Shown one piece after another: positions 60,196 to 64,000 of a stretch of 64,000 bases of DNA (positions within the stretch are counted from its first letter, which is position 1; each line of letters begins with the position of its first letter). The notes beneath the pieces were generated by a model. It made no database searches, was not told the origin of the DNA, and worked only from the letters and a program-made list of their open reading frames with translations. Origin of the DNA: the human T2T-CHM13v2.0 reference genome, Homo sapiens. The translations under genes and the position numbers were made by a program. The DNA lies in NCBI RefSeq assembly GCF_009914755.1, contig NC_060929.1. One strand, written 5' to 3'.

Positions 60196-63100
60196 CCAGA
60201 AAATGGGATAAATATGTTGCTTCCGTTAAAAGTTTATGTGACCTTAACACTTCTAATAATGATATAGTTTGGTACTCAGATCAGCATATTAAAATCTAAA
60301 TTAGGAGAAATCAGATGTTTGAATGGTAGATAATGAAACAAACTGTAAAAGGCTTTTGTACAAAATGCTTTGAAAGAGACGCTGTTTTCTGATGGCAGAG
60401 GACTGACCTAATTAAGATGCCTATATATTTCCAGTCTGAATTCTCTAAATGATTTCATGTGATGGCAGTTAGGCAAATATAAAGACCATGGGGTGATTGA
60501 TCTTATAACCTCAGCTTCATTAGCTGAATACGTTTAATGAACTGAGTTAGCAGGGTCCTAGGAATGGCTGGGACACTTGTAATCATTACTCATCAGTCCA
60601 CATATAGACATTTCACCATGATAAAAGTAAAAGCTACTTCAGTGATTATGTCCTTGAGTACAAAAGTGTAGCTCATCTCTGCCTCTTTCACTGTACTTTT
60701 AGATATGTATATGAAACTTCACCAATATCCTCTGGTCTTTATTCAGTGGATTCTTATCTCATTTTTTCATAAATCACAAATAGGTAGCCTTCACTGACCC
60801 ATATAATGGATTATGAACATTAAAGCAGAGTTTTAAAAATCAGTTATTTCAGTATTCTTTATTTATATAATAAAATATTATATCAGCTGTGTGGTCCTCA
60901 TTTTGATATCCAGATATCAAGAAGACTGCTGTTACACTATCATCAAAATAGTGTCAATAACAAATTCAAGGTATTCTCTAGAATGCCCTTATCAGATGTA
61001 GTCTCAAAGAGAGGATCAAAATTCCAAATGCCCTGAAACACCCCATATGGTAAATTAGACATAGTAACTGACTGAGAGTAAAATAATATTGGCTATTTAG
61101 AAATTTAAATTCCTTTTTGACTGTGGAATGAAAGTCAGTTATATAATATTAATGGGGCATTAGCAAAATATAGGCCTCAGATATCACTAAGTTCAATGGT
61201 TCATGACAAGTTATATATAAGTTTTTAATACATTTTAAATTTTAGAATAGTTTTAGTATATGTTAGTGTATAAGTAGGAGTAGGATCTTCTGCTTTCTAG
61301 ACATAATACTTCTTACTTCCACTGTATAGTAGCAAACCAATTTATCCTTATAAGTTAGGAGCAATCTTCCTAGCAAATACAGTAACTCCCTTTTTTTGCC
61401 AGTTAATTCAATGATATACGAACCCCAAAAAGGCCAAGTGAAAGATTCAACTTCTAGCTCAAGGAAGTCATTTTTTCTGTTCCCTGATAGAATATTCTTC
61501 CCTTTAGAAAAGAGACCACTACACTGCCGAAGCCTATCATAGTGGAGACAGAAATAACATATTAATTTTCTTAGTAAATTGGAAGGTCTAATACTGAGAG
61601 GAGCCACTCTAACACTCAAGAATAGCTAGATATAGTGACTTCCCACTTTGCTAAGTGGAGTTCCCATCATATTAGGTGGGCATACATTTTCACATCACTG
61701 TATTCTGTTCCCTTAAATCAGATGAGTTGAGACTTAAGGTTACTGCCACAGGGAAGACAGGCAGTCTCTCTAAAAGACAAAACATAATACATTTTGTCCT
61801 TGAAATGACTATACTTGCTGAGCTCTTTATTTGTTTTTACTTGCTAAGGTCAATGTCTCTTTTGCAAACTGCATTATTTGGATAAAGATGAGGAGTGAAT
61901 ATATTTACTTAGGATAACAAAAAAACAGTCATTGCAGGCTGTGAAGGAAATTCATATCCACCCAAGACTGACTTACCATGTTGGCTCTATTCCTCTCCTT
62001 CAGCCTTAGGGGTTGAGAGTTAGATTGCTAACCTCTAATCAGTCGTCTTCGACATTATCTTTAACAGTGCCACAGATCTTTCTGAGGAAGTACTACCATA
62101 TGACTTCACCTTCTCAGGCTGAGGTATCAGCTTGACTGTCACTCCACAGATCAAGACTAGAGGTAAATGTAAACACTATACAGGTGGGATGAGAAACAGC
62201 TGTTCAGCTGCCTGGCTAGAAGAACAGGCCCAGTTCTTTGCTACAGGATGGACATGGAAAAGTTCAGGCATTTGAAGTTACTGGCGTCAGCCACATGAGA
62301 TTGATGACGGGATTGGCTTCTACAAGAGGTCCATGTGGTTCTCATTTCTGAAAACAGATGTTTGGAAACCAATGTTTTCAAAGATAATATGAAACTACAC
62401 CAATATGCTGCACTATGGAGAAAAACTAACCTTGACAGAAGAAAAAAGATTTTCTTGAGGCAGAAGATGAAGGACTATTGGTCGGGACATTCACAGAAGT
62501 CTGTTCTGTAAGTTGGGTTATATGGAAGCAGAGATGCTAGGTCAACCCATGTTGTGCCCTCCCTCTTTTGGTAAGCAAAACACTGATGCTTATGACATCT
62601 TCCTTTTCTTTGGTGGTGGCCTTGAAAATTGTTATTCCTTCCAGAAAGGGCTGGATGTCACTCGCTTATGAATTTGAATCCTTCTCTTTTTGCCAAATGA
62701 TAGAACTGAGCTTGCTCCATGAGCTTCATGTGTGTAAACATTAGTGGGGATCCAAGTGGCTCTGCAGGTAGAATAGACACTCAGGTCCCTCCTGCCCAAG
62801 TCCAGGGGCTTGCTTCCATGAATCCAATCCTTTAGTTCATATCAGTTCATGGTGTACCAGAAGCCTCAACACATCTGCAAATTTTTACAGAACATGTTTG
62901 TGCAAGGAAATAAATTAGGTCACCAGGCCTTCAAAGGCTCCTTCCACTTAGGGGTGGTGGAGCCCATGAAGCTGAGAATCACCCTTGCCAGCTGTTGGAA
63001 CTTGAAATAATCCTCCAAAAACCTCTTGCTATTTTAGGAGGGTCATCCTGGTGGGTCTGTGTATGCTGTAAAAGAGTGGCTCACTATTTAACCACCCATC

Positions 63101-64000
63101 TCTACTGTGCTGATTTAGGGACCACGATCACTTGAGCTTTTCTTGGTGCCTGGGATCTGTCTTTCTGCACAGGGATAATCTAGGCTTATTTGTGGCTTTT
63201 TTCCCCTGCATTTCCTTTACTTGCTCACTTTCCTTCTTTTCCTCACTATGTTTCCATTTGAAATCAGTTTTCACATATGCATTTCAGTGCAACTCTACCT
63301 TCAGGAACTTACTGGATTACACAGGAAATTCCTTATAGTGTGTGACCATCTGCACTGCAAACAATTTTCAGGGAATTGACTAGCTACTAATACCACTTAC
63401 AAAAAATCTAATAAGGGGTTTAACATTTTCATAAGGAAAATTAATATTTATATTTTCTGTTTTGGTTGGGTTACATTTTTACTATTTTGAGAAAAAAAGT
63501 ATTGCATTTTTAAAAAGTGAACAAAAAAAGCTCTCATACAATTGAATGGTATTGCCAAAAGAAATTAAGAAGTCAGAATTTGATGATTCAATATATTATA
63601 AATATATTTTTGACCATAGTCCTAAACTATCATCTGTCAAGTTGTATTATTTTGAGTACATAAGTATTTTTCATGTTCTTATTTGTTTTCTATAATGCCT
63701 CATAACATATATAGCTCTGTGAGTCTGTTCTTTCAGAAGATCTTATCTCTTGTTAGTTTTCAAGGATTTCCAGGTTCACAGCAGCTGACTTTTTACTACA
63801 CATTTTATGACTCTAAAACCATTAGAAGAACATCAATGCTTCCCTAAATTGGTTTTTTGGAGAAAATGTAATATGTTTGATGAATTCAAATAAAAAGATG
63901 GAAACATAACAGCATATTGGATTACTTGTTAATTTTTCTTTCTCAAATGTTTTATATTGAAAGGAATTGATTTGTGGAGTACATTTTCAAACCAATTTCA

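Noticed and set aside
61263-61619. 118-aa minus-strand ORF in non-repeat sequence
   Set aside because: Non-ATG start, no recognisable domain, length compatible with chance.

Overview
This is primate (most likely human) AT-rich, repeat-dense nuclear DNA, not prokaryotic. No intact host protein-coding gene, RNA gene or CRISPR array can be supported, and almost every supplied ORF is a transposon fragment or noise. The dominant structure is a 13.1-kb nested stack at 46.7-59.9 kb. A full-length minus-strand L1PA7-like LINE-1 carries an env-less, pol-deleted HERV-K (LTR14A/HML-1-like) provirus, which has an ERV9 LTR12 solo LTR inside its dUTPase gene. A second, longer LTR12 sits in the L1 endonuclease region. 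Every layer keeps its own target-site duplication (TSD). The window also holds a full-length Tigger1 interrupted by an Alu, ten Alus, a FAM, two 5'-inverted L1 mini-insertions, MLT2A/MLT1F/MER89 solo LTRs, MER3/MER94, MIR/L2/old L1M remnants and several tandem or local duplications. A non-repeat-looking ~1.4-kb block near 62-63.4 kb may be a decayed exon (weak evidence). Subfamily names come from recalled consensus motifs and should be confirmed with RepeatMasker/Dfam.
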